Source: a virus. Taken from it: DNA of 64,000 bases. The notes under the pieces are model-generated. The model saw only the letters and a program-made list of their open reading frames with translations. It was not told the DNA's origin and made no database searches. This document shows positions 34,948 to 43,493 of this stretch, in pieces. The stretch is taken from the IMG/VR virus record IMGVR_UViG_3300037634_005704, positions 1-64,000 of that record; one strand, 5' to 3'. Numbering within the stretch: the first letter of the stretch is position 1; each line of letters opens with the position of its first letter. Made by a program: the position numbers and the translations under genes.

Positions 34948-35542
34948 GAATCTCTTTTACGAAGAATGCTATGTCAGCTAATGCATCATTAACTTCAGTA
35001 TTTTCTAATGGTGCAATATCAGTCTTAAGACGAATATCACACATAGCTCCAATTGCAGCAGGCGCAACGGCCTTTACAAAATCACCAAACCATTCTCCAA
35101 AGGATACTGAAGGCTTCCAAGATGCTGTCGGACCAAGACTAAATGGTTTTTCCTCTGGCGTATATAGTCCACTAGTAGACGTCATGGGATCAGAATCAGA
35201 AAATGGAGTAAATCTCTGCGAAGCTCCACCGCCCTGTCCACCGAATAATCCGCTACCTCCTGGAATGAGATCCGGTCCACCGCCGCCACCGCCGCCGCCG
35301 CCAGAACTGCCGCCACCGCCGCCGCTTTGTTGTCTACGCCCTTGTGCAGCGTTATAAGCTGAGGACCAGGATGAATTCCCGGCGCCAATCGCGGCCCAGG
35401 GGGCGCTGGCTTGCGCAAGATCAGCCGCAGTCGGTGAGATGGCAAAAGGATTTCCACCACTGAACCCGCCAAAACCTCCTGGAGGGCTACTACCGAAACC
35501 TCCAGAAGCTGTTCCAATATTAACAGCTGTTCCAAAATCCAT
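34934..35542 (-). CDS. Gly-rich protein ending in the S74-like cleavage-site tag (202 aa)
   Basis: Poly-Gly tract (SGGGGGSSGGGGGGGGGP). C-terminal CDIRLKTDIAPLENTEVNDALADIAFFVKEIRECA is 28/35 identical to the C-terminus of 7721..8812. Confidence 0.65.
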   Translation of the reverse strand: MDFGTAVNIGTASGGFGSSPPGGFGGFSGGNPFAISPTAADLAQASAPWAAIGAGNSSWSSAYNAAQGRRQQSGGGGGSSGGGGGGGGGPDLIPGGSGLFGGQGGGASQRFTPFSDSDPMTSTSGLYTPEEKPFSLGPTASWKPSVSFGEWFGDFVKAVAPAAIGAMCDIRLKTDIAPLENTEVNDALADIAFFVKEIRECA

Positions 35543-35594
35543 CGCTAACTAAGTACTTTCATTACTTATTTACTTATTATACGAGTACTCAAAG

Positions 35595-36494
35595 TTAGAA
35601 ATATTGAGGCCGGTTGTTATACAATTTATCAACCATTGAATTAACATCATAAGCACCACCCCATGTGCCCTGCACTCCTGGTGTTCGAGCTTCTTGTCTA
35701 GCATCTTGTAATGCCATCTTATGTTTAAACTTTTGCTCTTCTAACTCATGTCGATATTGAGCAGCAACACGGGCAGATTCAACACTCGGATTGTAGTTAT
35801 CATCATATCCACCACGTACAGGAGTAACAGGAGCTGCATAAACAGAACGAGGTTTACCTCCTTGAGCAAAACTATGCAAGAAAGCACCTGCTGCTAAAGG
35901 CGTTCCAATACCAATCGTTGTTCCAACAGCTCGAGCAGTATTTTCTGGATTGTCATAAAGCATCTGAGCCCACTCCATACCCGCTGGTGCGACAGGATCG
36001 TGCCCTAAACTTCCACGACCTGGCTCAGATGTATAAGGTGTTGACGTTCCTTTACTAACTCTAGCTGCATATTTTGGATCCCTTCCACTACCAGGTACTT
36101 CCCTAATAGTTGTTTCAAGAGATTCTTCTCCAGGATAGGGTGCTAGTGGATTTAAGAATGGATCTACTGGACGTGCATTCGCTAATTGTCGTCCACTTTT
36201 GCTATTCATTAAATAGCCACTATTTGCTTGTAGCCCTCTAGCATTGACCCCAGCTTCAATATCCGTTAGATGATCATAAACTGCACGAGCCGGTGCCTCA
36301 GCCACATTTGACCAATATCCTTGCATCACATCTCCTAACCACTTCCTACCTCTATTAAGTGCCTCACCACCAGTCGTAATTACATCAGGAGGAAGACTAG
36401 TTACAGCACTCATAACATTTTGTGGAGTAGGCTGGTGCCAAGCTTTCCCTATCTCTCTCCCAGCTCTAATTAGTTCTTCATTAACTAGTGGCAT
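35595..36494 (-). CDS. virion-module ORFan (299 aa)
   Basis: ORF track; its start overlaps the upstream stop by 1 nt. Confidence 0.6.
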   Translation of the reverse strand: MPLVNEELIRAGREIGKAWHQPTPQNVMSAVTSLPPDVITTGGEALNRGRKWLGDVMQGYWSNVAEAPARAVYDHLTDIEAGVNARGLQANSGYLMNSKSGRQLANARPVDPFLNPLAPYPGEESLETTIREVPGSGRDPKYAARVSKGTSTPYTSEPGRGSLGHDPVAPAGMEWAQMLYDNPENTARAVGTTIGIGTPLAAGAFLHSFAQGGKPRSVYAAPVTPVRGGYDDNYNPSVESARVAAQYRHELEEQKFKHKMALQDARQEARTPGVQGTWGGAYDVNSMVDKLYNNRPQYF

Positions 36495-37039
36495 TAAACT
36501 GCTACTCCTTGACTTGGGAAGGTCCCTTCAACATTAGGATCTTTATCAGCATCCCCAGCTGCTGCTGGTTCTGAGAATATCCTACCAATAGTCGTAGGCC
36601 CACTAACAAAATCTAATGGATCCACTAAAAGAGACTTATAATAAGCATTATAAAACCTGTCTACGTCAGGAAAGTCAGGACGTTTTTCTAAACTAAATGC
36701 ACCAACATTTGGATTAGGCCAACTCTCCTTAGCAAGAGCCATTAACTTCGTTTCTGCGAAATCTGATTCTCTAAATCCTTTCTCATCTGGTGTTATAAAT
36801 GATCGTCCATCACGATGAAATTCATCATCTAAAGGTGGGTTAGTGTCAAGTAATTCTGCTTTCCATCCATAGCTACCCGTATTCGGATCTTTCGCAAAGT
36901 ATGTATCTCTACTTAAAGCTCCTGCGTCTGCAAAAGGATTTACTGCAATCTTTTTATCACTAGAGGTAAGAGTCTCATTCTTACTTTTAGCAGCATCTGT
37001 AAAAGCTGCAAGATTATCAACGAGTTGTACGCCAGGCAT
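36494..37039 (-). CDS. virion-module ORFan (181 aa from ATG 37039)
   Basis: Track ORF 36494..37057 trimmed to the ATG at 37039, which has GGGAGG 7 nt upstream. Confidence 0.6.
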   Translation of the reverse strand: MPGVQLVDNLAAFTDAAKSKNETLTSSDKKIAVNPFADAGALSRDTYFAKDPNTGSYGWKAELLDTNPPLDDEFHRDGRSFITPDEKGFRESDFAETKLMALAKESWPNPNVGAFSLEKRPDFPDVDRFYNAYYKSLLVDPLDFVSGPTTIGRIFSEPAAAGDADKDPNVEGTFPSQGVAV

Positions 37040-37041
37040 AA

Positions 37042-37224
37042 CTATACCTCCCACCAAAGAGGAGTTTCTTCCGCTGCTGTTGAAACACGTTCAGCATAAG
37101 CAGAAACAGGCAAAGATTCATCTCTTAGCCCATCTATACCACCAATTGGCATCATAAATTCAGTATGGTCACCTAGAACTACTTTATCGCCAGGGAGCTT
37201 TGGTTCCGCAGAGTTATACATCAT
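37042..37224 (-). CDS. small hypothetical protein (60 aa from ATG 37224)
   Basis: Track ORF 37042..37332 trimmed to the tandem ATGs at 37224/37221, which overlap the stop of the 815-aa gene (ATGATGTATAA). Confidence 0.4.
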   Translation of the reverse strand: MMYNSAEPKLPGDKVVLGDHTEFMMPIGGIDGLRDESLPVSAYAERVSTAAEETPLWWEV

Positions 37225-39661
37225 CCCGATTTGCGATACGGCCACCAAGTCTTTTAGCTTCTTCTTTAGCTTCAAACGCTGCAATTTCCTCTGGGGTAAG
37301 CTGCTCAGTAGCACCTTGAACATATCTACCAAGTATTTGTAGTGGATTCATAGGTTCAGCATCATCAGGTGATTGATACTGTATCGCACCAGAACCACTA
37401 CCCGCGTAGCCAGTGCTCCCACCACCTGCTCCTCTCTTTCCAGTTTCCCAATTAATTCCTGTTGTTCGTCTATCAACCTTTGCTGCTCTATCATCCTGGA
37501 AAAATTCAGAGTTACGATCTCTTAGTCCCGCACGGAATTCTGCTTTCTCCCTAACAGAAGGTCTCTTTCCACCAGCCCAAGTTCTGACATTGACTGGCTC
37601 CCGATAAGCACCTGTCGTTCCAATATCAGTCCGTATCCAATCATCATCAGGTGTCAATGAACCTGGCTGATTCTCCATAGCAGCTAAGACCACCTGATCT
37701 TTAGCTCTTTGAATAAGACGTGAAGGAGCATTATCCTGCTCAAGAGGACCAATATCAGGATGATCATTAAGCCGTCTTCCAGGAACTACAACCCCTGTTT
37801 CCCTAGTCGTTGGTAAAACAGATTCTGAAATTGCTCTTACTTTTGCATCGATATTAAACTGTTGATCTGCTGATGTTTGTAAAGCAGCTAAATTACGCTG
37901 AATACCATCTAAAGCATTATCTAACCCAGGGGATATTACATTACGATTGAATTCCCTACCAGCAGGTACCAACACATTCGTATGGTAACCAGTTACAGCA
38001 GTACCTAATCTTCTACCACCAGGAACTAAAACATTTTCATGGAACTGTCGGCCCCCTGGAACTAAAACATTTCCATGGAATCCAGCAGCAGCTCTACCAG
38101 CTGGGACAAGAACCCGATTATGGAATGGAGCAACAGCTTTACCTGCTTTTATTCCAACTTTAGCTAAATCTTTCGCTGCACCTCCTACAAGTAATCCAGC
38201 ACCTAAACCTATTCCTTCTGCAGCTGTAACTCCACCAGCATTCACAAGATCTGCAACAAGTGGATGTGAACTCAGAAAACTAGAGCCTGCCTGAGCGATT
38301 GTTGGTATAACTTGACCAGTATAAGGAATATTCCAACCGCCAACACTTCCTATCGCATCTCTAACTTGACCTAATGGGCCAGTTACAGCACTAACTCCAG
38401 GAAGATTAAAGATGCCTTGAGTAGCCCCCGGATTAAATCCACTCCCAACAGCTCTTCCACCTTGGGGACCTAATCCTAGACCTCTACCTGCAATCATGAG
38501 TCCAAGATCACGAGCAGCTGCTTTCTCTTTTTGAGCACCAAAAGGCTCTTGATTTATTCTTCGAATAAGAGTTCCTGTATCCTGCCGCGCTCTATCTCCA
38601 GCTCTGGCTAAAGCTCTACCAAAAGCCCCTTTAGGTTGTGCGGAAACAGTTCCTTCAACTCTTTGTACCGCTGGATCATCTGCAGGAACAACGGTAGGCT
38701 GTGTAACCTCGTCTACAAAATCATCGACTCTACCCACTACATCTTTTCTGCCAGTAAGAGCTTTCTGCCCAGCTTGAGGAGGCACGCCACTTACGTAGTC
38801 ATTATAAGTTTGATTAGAACCAGTACCAACTCTCTCATCCTCCCATGGATCGTCAAGAATCTGAGGTGGATTCTTAGACTGGGGTGGAGGAGATGGATTC
38901 TTAGACTGGGGTGGAGGAGATGATGGTGGTGGAGATGATGGTGGTGGAGATGACTGTCGTCTCTCATAAAAATCGTCTGTACCAATAGCTCGTTGAGTTG
39001 AATCGTCAGCAATCCTGTTCGACTGACGACTGTAATAACCTTGCTTTGGTAAATCTTCATGCGATCTCTCTTCCAAAGGTTGTCCTTCGTCATAATCCAT
39101 AATCCAATGCTCGTTTCGAGCAAGCCAGTTATCAACATCATTTCTAATTGGACTTTGATCAACTATTTGAACACTTCCATCAGGATTTGAAGGTAATGCG
39201 TCCCCTATTACCTGAGTAACCCCTTCTTTAGGAATAAAAGGACTTCTTTCAGTTCCAGTTCTAGTTTTAGCAATAAAAGGAGCTCTGTCAGCGACTTCAT
39301 TAGCTATTGCACCCACCCCAGATGCTACCTCCTCTACCTCCTCAGGATAGAAAGGTGCCCTTTTAATAGCACCAGCTACATTCTCTACTGCCTGTGCTGC
39401 TTGACCAACACCTTTTTTATTAAAACCACCCGCTAAAGCGTTAGCAGCAACTAATGCACCCCCAACAGTAGCCGCTTTACTTAGAAAATCTGCTCCTTGC
39501 TGTATAAAAGTTGGTTCTGACTGCTGATAACCTCTATTTTGGACAAAATTATAGACCTCAGGGGTCATTTGCATCCGTTCTTGCGGATTTCTAGGGATTG
39601 GACGACCTGTTGTACGCGAATATAACTCAAAATCAGCAGGAGAGGCTAACACTTTACTCAA
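37214..39661 (-). CDS. large internal-virion-like ORFan with Pro/Ser tandem repeats and 5 x HxNVLVPxGR units (815 aa)
   Basis: ORF track. The start is uncertain (TTG 39661, GTG 39652, or ATG at codon 30). First gene of the minus-strand module. Confidence 0.65.
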   Translation of the reverse strand: MSKVLASPADFELYSRTTGRPIPRNPQERMQMTPEVYNFVQNRGYQQSEPTFIQQGADFLSKAATVGGALVAANALAGGFNKKGVGQAAQAVENVAGAIKRAPFYPEEVEEVASGVGAIANEVADRAPFIAKTRTGTERSPFIPKEGVTQVIGDALPSNPDGSVQIVDQSPIRNDVDNWLARNEHWIMDYDEGQPLEERSHEDLPKQGYYSRQSNRIADDSTQRAIGTDDFYERRQSSPPPSSPPPSSPPPQSKNPSPPPQSKNPPQILDDPWEDERVGTGSNQTYNDYVSGVPPQAGQKALTGRKDVVGRVDDFVDEVTQPTVVPADDPAVQRVEGTVSAQPKGAFGRALARAGDRARQDTGTLIRRINQEPFGAQKEKAAARDLGLMIAGRGLGLGPQGGRAVGSGFNPGATQGIFNLPGVSAVTGPLGQVRDAIGSVGGWNIPYTGQVIPTIAQAGSSFLSSHPLVADLVNAGGVTAAEGIGLGAGLLVGGAAKDLAKVGIKAGKAVAPFHNRVLVPAGRAAAGFHGNVLVPGGRQFHENVLVPGGRRLGTAVTGYHTNVLVPAGREFNRNVISPGLDNALDGIQRNLAALQTSADQQFNIDAKVRAISESVLPTTRETGVVVPGRRLNDHPDIGPLEQDNAPSRLIQRAKDQVVLAAMENQPGSLTPDDDWIRTDIGTTGAYREPVNVRTWAGGKRPSVREKAEFRAGLRDRNSEFFQDDRAAKVDRRTTGINWETGKRGAGGGSTGYAGSGSGAIQYQSPDDAEPMNPLQILGRYVQGATEQLTPEEIAAFEAKEEAKRLGGRIANRDDV

Positions 39662-40549
39662 AAACTACAGATATAAACCTAATTTTAAGGCGAGTACATT
39701 TGCTAAACCCCTTAGCCCCCTACCTCCTCTTAAAAATAGCCAATTTTGGGAAAAAAAAATTTGAGGTGTCTGGCGCAGCCCGGGTAGGATTGCAAGTTTT
39801 AACAAAAAAAAGAAACTATATGTAACAATCAGACACATGTGCCGCTGTCAAGGGCGCGTTACACTTTGAAACACTCCGACACAGTGGAATGCTGAGTATT
39901 TATACCTATATCTACTGAAAGTAGTAGTACAAACGAACCACGAGCACAAATAGCAGTACAAATACACCACGATGAGTAGTAGTTGTTATTTTTTCGCATT
40001 TTTATCTGTAAATGTGGCTTATACCCTGTGTTGCAACTAGAATTAAACGTTTTTCATGCTTTACATAGGTTAATAGTTGGTCCTGCGTATCTGCATTAGA
40101 CACAGTTACGCAAGATTGAGGCAAATTCTCAATAATTTCTTCTTGTTGAGAATGAATCTGATGTTTATTGATAATGATTCTCAACAGTAGCTGCTGCTTA
40201 TTGCAAATGATTCTCAATAAGGAAGCTGCTGCATTGTGCCTCAAGTAGGTATTATTGCTTAGAGTGCTGAATAGGGTCAAATTAGGGCCGAAATAGGTCT
40301 TTTTACCCACTTATACCGTTGGTTTTGCGCCATGTTTTCCGGATTACAAGGGTCAGGGCTGCCAGATCTACAGATACAAGGATAGAATCCTGTCGTACCA
40401 AGGGCGGCAGAGCATGTGGAAATTCGATTGGCTAGATATTGCACACCTTAGAGCAGAATTACATCATTTTGTTAAGCTTATGGAAGTTGGTCATTGCTTC
40501 CATAAGGCCGCAGTTCTACAATTGCCAGCAAGCACGCACACCGCAGCCA
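39662..40549. promoter_or_regulatory. ~0.9-kb ORF-poor divergent control region (candidate promoters, operators or origin)
   Basis: Separates the minus and plus gene trains. ATTCTCAA at 40125, 40177 and 40210, plus an inverted copy at 40146. Perfect 10-bp inverted repeat cttatggaag/cttccataag at 40477-40506. Confidence 0.5.
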
Positions 40550-41440
40550 ATGAACCTTACAGAGTTTAGAAAGACCTATAAGCTCAACTCTTCAAACTTC
40601 CTAACCTTGACTAATCCAAAGGTCTTGAAGTCTGACAAGATCGCACCAACTGCTGTCTTGATGCTTAAGCCAACTGCCCTTGCATGTCCCGCCGCTGGCT
40701 CATGCCGCAAGATCTGCCTAAACACTGCGGGTAATCCAATTTATTTGAAAGGCAAGATTGCATGTAGAACTAGAAGAGATAAGGCACTAAGAGAAGAGAC
40801 AAACACTTTCTACAATATGTTAATCATTGAACTTTTAAGGTTCTATTCAAAGCATAGAGAACATGAGCAACTAGGTGCAAGGCTTAACGGTGTTTCAGAC
40901 TATGCATGGGAAAAGGATTTTATAGATCCTTTATATAGTATCCCTTCAAGTGTCAATGTAACTGCTGAGACTGTCACCACAGTCAAGAAACAATTTAATA
41001 TTTCAATCTTTCAAGGCGAAATAAATATCATTGAAGCTATTTTGTGCGCTTTAGATGATGAGACAGGCCATAAGATAGGCCGCAAGCTTAGATTCTATGA
41101 CTATACAAAGCGAATTGATAGAGATTTTGAACAGTGCAAGGCTCTTGATTATCATTTGACATTAAGCCACGGCTCAAAGTTTGATACTTTAGCTAAAGCG
41201 GAAGAGCTTGGTTTAAACTATGCCGCTGCATTCATTAATAAACTACCTGAGACATTTATCTATAAGGGCAAAGAATACACAGTTATAAATGGAGACCTTA
41301 CAGACTGGAGACCTAGCGATAAATCAGACAAGACATATATCGTAGGACTAGTAATGAAGCTAACGCCAGGGCAAACAGACACCGACCGCCAAGCATTCTG
41401 CATTAATGGCGTAACAACTAAAGAACTAGTGAGAGCTTAA
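40550..41440 (+). CDS. hypothetical protein, first gene of the plus-strand train (296 aa from ATG 40550)
   Basis: Track ORF begins at TTG 40439; the first ATG is at 40550. Cys-rich segment LACPAAGSCRKICLNTAGNP. No family assigned. Confidence 0.6.
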   Translation: MNLTEFRKTYKLNSSNFLTLTNPKVLKSDKIAPTAVLMLKPTALACPAAGSCRKICLNTAGNPIYLKGKIACRTRRDKALREETNTFYNMLIIELLRFYSKHREHEQLGARLNGVSDYAWEKDFIDPLYSIPSSVNVTAETVTTVKKQFNISIFQGEINIIEAILCALDDETGHKIGRKLRFYDYTKRIDRDFEQCKALDYHLTLSHGSKFDTLAKAEELGLNYAAAFINKLPETFIYKGKEYTVINGDLTDWRPSDKSDKTYIVGLVMKLTPGQTDTDRQAFCINGVTTKELVRA

Positions 41441-41442
41441 AC

Positions 41443-41586
41443 ATGAACTATACCCACAAAATCAGCTTTGAAGAGGCGCAGGAACTCCCAGACCTGATGC
41501 CAACAGAGGAGCAAGAGGAACGGGACCAATACGAGTGGGACAGCTATCTAGCTTCAATCCCTACACCCTACGAAAGGAACCGCTAA
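41443..41586 (+). CDS. small acidic protein (47 aa)
   Basis: Below the track cutoff. Starts 2 nt after the upstream stop and ends in a TAATG overlap with the next gene. Confidence 0.4.
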   Translation: MNYTHKISFEEAQELPDLMPTEEQEERDQYEWDSYLASIPTPYERNR

Positions 41587-41960
41587 TGGAAACCATTAAA
41601 ACCACTAGAGAACCATTAAAGAATGGTTATTGGTTACATACATCCTATTACAAGGATGGATCAACCCATAGTTTCAAATTTATTAAATACTGGCACCCTT
41701 ACGAGTTACGCCACACTTTCAGAGACTATGCGGCAAATTCTCCTAAGTCTTACATCCGATTAGGTCAGAAATTAAACTCTATCGGGTTATGTATAGGTGA
41801 TAACTATACAGACACATTAAAAGAGGTCTTAGATGGCATAGAAAGATTTATTTCTATGAATGCTAAGCCATTTAGAAACGATGCCATAGACATAGACAAA
41901 CGCACATTAAAACAGATCTATGACACTGCTAAGAACTTCAGAAACTACTTGGAGGATTAA
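41586..41960 (+). CDS. hypothetical protein (124 aa)
   Basis: Track ORF 41535..41960 trimmed to the ATG at 41586 (TAATG coupling). Confidence 0.6.
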   Translation: METIKTTREPLKNGYWLHTSYYKDGSTHSFKFIKYWHPYELRHTFRDYAANSPKSYIRLGQKLNSIGLCIGDNYTDTLKEVLDGIERFISMNAKPFRNDAIDIDKRTLKQIYDTAKNFRNYLED

Positions 41961-41962
41961 CC

Positions 41963-42124
41963 ATGACGACACCTAATGACACTCTTAAAGAAGACATTCT
42001 CGAAGCTCTTCTCAGTGATAAAGACTTTCAACATCAATTGATCATGGGTAAATATGGCTACCACCCCGACGAAGTAACAGCCAGAGTCAACACCAAAATT
42101 GACGAGCTTATTCAATCGTCTTAA
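41963..42124 (+). CDS. small hypothetical protein (53 aa)
   Basis: Below the track cutoff. GGAGGA lies 6 nt upstream of the ATG. Replaces the antisense track ORF 41957..42190. Confidence 0.45.
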   Translation: MTTPNDTLKEDILEALLSDKDFQHQLIMGKYGYHPDEVTARVNTKIDELIQSS

Positions 42125-42155
42125 CAATTTCTTAAGCATTGCAACCAACAAGATC

Positions 42156-42503
42156 ATGCCCTCACTCACCTTTATTAGTCCTAGTGGCAAGTCATCTGCC
42201 GAAGACCTGGCAAAGATAGCCTATAAGACTATCCACCAGGGCACGCCAGTACCTAAGCAACAGCAGGAACCAAAGCGCCGCCTATGGGTTACGCTCCCAA
42301 ATGGTCGCAGAGCCTCAGTGCTTACTCGCAAGAATTACCGCTATGCAGTAGTTGCGAGCGCAGGGCATTGCACCAAAGCAGCCTCATATTTTCTAGAAGG
42401 TGAAAGAGTCAAAGCACAGCGGCGGGCGAATTACTACACAAAGAGACCAAACACGGGCGGCCAGTTCGTAGTTTTAACAGTTGATGAGGGGGAGGGGGTA
42501 TAA
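42156..42503 (+). CDS. hypothetical basic protein (115 aa), ends ...GEGV in junction element 1
   Basis: Track ORF 42099..42503 trimmed to the ATG at 42156. Confidence 0.55.
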   Translation: MPSLTFISPSGKSSAEDLAKIAYKTIHQGTPVPKQQQEPKRRLWVTLPNGRRASVLTRKNYRYAVVASAGHCTKAASYFLEGERVKAQRRANYYTKRPNTGGQFVVLTVDEGEGV

Positions 42504-42506
42504 ATG
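42488..42506 (+). promoter_or_regulatory. junction element copy 1, GGGGGAGGGGGTATAAATG
   Basis: Exact 19-mer. Its TAA stops the upstream ORF and its ATG opens a 23-codon mini-ORF. Confidence 0.7.
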
Positions 42507-42558
42507 CTTAGTCCTAAGCATGACTTGAAACTGCCATGCACACTTGCTACTTGCCATC

Positions 42559-42717
42559 ATGACAAAACCTTATGAAAACATTGAACAACTAAACGAAGAC
42601 AAAGAAGCCCAGACCGAACAAGTCATTGATAGACGCCAAGCGCAACGCGAACGGGATGAGTATAGCTGGCGTTGTGGATATGACTACATGCACGAGGGTG
42701 CACTAGGTGACTTCTAG
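42559..42717 (+). CDS. small acidic protein (52 aa)
   Basis: Below the track cutoff. The TAG stop overlaps the first G of junction element 2. Confidence 0.35.
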   Translation: MTKPYENIEQLNEDKEAQTEQVIDRRQAQRERDEYSWRCGYDYMHEGALGDF

Positions 42718-42735
42718 GGGGAGGGGGTATAAATG
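42717..42735 (+). promoter_or_regulatory. junction element copy 2, GGGGGAGGGGGTATAAATG
   Basis: Exact 19-mer. Its ATG (42733) is the start of ORF 42733..42918. Confidence 0.7.
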
Positions 42736-42918
42736 ACTAACCAAAGAATAATTGATCGCCTAATGCAACTCGATCTCAATAAACATAAAGACTACATAGT
42801 CAATGAACTTGTTTATTGGGTGTGGAGACACGGCAGCAGGGAAGACATCCTAAGACTTGCAGAACTCGACCTCGAAGAAGAGAAGAACGTAAAGGAAGAG
42901 GAGGGGGAGGGGGTATAA
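42733..42918 (+). CDS. hypothetical protein (61 aa), ends ...GEGV in junction element 3
   Basis: ORF track. The start codon is supplied by element 2 and the stop by element 3. Confidence 0.55.
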   Translation: MTNQRIIDRLMQLDLNKHKDYIVNELVYWVWRHGSREDILRLAELDLEEEKNVKEEEGEGV

Positions 42919-42921
42919 ATG
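42903..42921 (+). promoter_or_regulatory. junction element copy 3, GGGGGAGGGGGTATAAATG
   Basis: Exact 19-mer. Its ATG opens only a 4-codon ORF (MLCN). Confidence 0.7.
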
Positions 42922-42985
42922 CTATGTAACTAAAGATCTAGGAATCATTGACAGCACTTGGCTATTCCTTACCATTTGAATTGTT

Positions 42986-43159
42986 ATGTACACACCAATG
43001 CAACAATCTAATCAAAAGCTCTCTAACCTCATCAAAACTACACCACACGAGGCAGATAGAGCAGCTCAATCTGTTGAATCTACCTTGGCTAAGCGGATCA
43101 AACAGAAGATAGCAAGAAGTCAGGCCAAACGTGAAATTCAAGAGCACCGCTGGTCATGA
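42986..43159 (+). CDS. small basic protein (57 aa)
   Basis: Below the track cutoff; ATGA coupling to the next ORF. The antisense track ORFs here look spurious. Confidence 0.35.
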   Translation: MYTPMQQSNQKLSNLIKTTPHEADRAAQSVESTLAKRIKQKIARSQAKREIQEHRWS

Positions 43160-43308
43160 TTAATAGATCGTTACTCTCACCCGCACTGTACTTCTCAAGT
43201 GGGGTATTAATCATTGCATTTACACTATTCCTGATTACCACCAAAGAGACATCAGGGTATCGGAACCTAGAAGAACGGCAACTAACAATGGAGGCTATCT
43301 TGTCATGA
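43156..43308 (+). CDS. small single-TM protein (50 aa)
   Basis: Below the track cutoff. TM segment LYFSSGVLIIAFTLFLI. ATGA coupling on both sides. Confidence 0.4.
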   Translation: MINRSLLSPALYFSSGVLIIAFTLFLITTKETSGYRNLEERQLTMEAILS

Positions 43309-43493
43309 AACGGTCCTATCAACAAGTAATGCTAATAGGTGGGGCACCCGCCGAGCGGTGGGCCATCACTCACTATTACTTAAAGGAGATGCTAAAGCAT
43401 CAACAGAAGGCAGGTCTAGTCGACTTTGAATTGAAGAGAGCAGTGAAATGGATAGATAAGGATGTATTAGCAAAGCAGGGGGAGGGGGTATGA
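43305..43493 (+). CDS. hypothetical protein (62 aa), ends ...GEGV in junction element 4
   Basis: ORF track; ATGA coupling. Confidence 0.55.
   Translation: MKRSYQQVMLIGGAPAERWAITHYYLKEMLKHQQKAGLVDFELKRAVKWIDKDVLAKQGEGV

Noticed and set aside
34971-35535. 128-aa plus-strand ORF and 117-aa alternative-frame minus-strand ORF over the Gly-rich gene.
   Set aside because: The poly-GGN/CCN tract keeps all frames open by composition (poly-Pro/poly-Ala products). The frame ending in the conserved RECA tag is the supported one.
40002-40310. 102-aa minus-strand ORF in the divergent hub.
   Set aside because: Its product contains the internal repeat LLRIICNKQQLLLRIIINKHQ, which simply mirrors the ATTCTCAA/AGCTGCTGC DNA iterons. 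It has no RBS. It is kept only as an alternative to be excluded by conservation analysis.
40417-40430. 14-nt match GTGGAAATTCGATT shared with 58206-58219.
   Set aside because: A single 14-mer coincidence is expected by chance in 64 kb on two strands. There is no flanking similarity.
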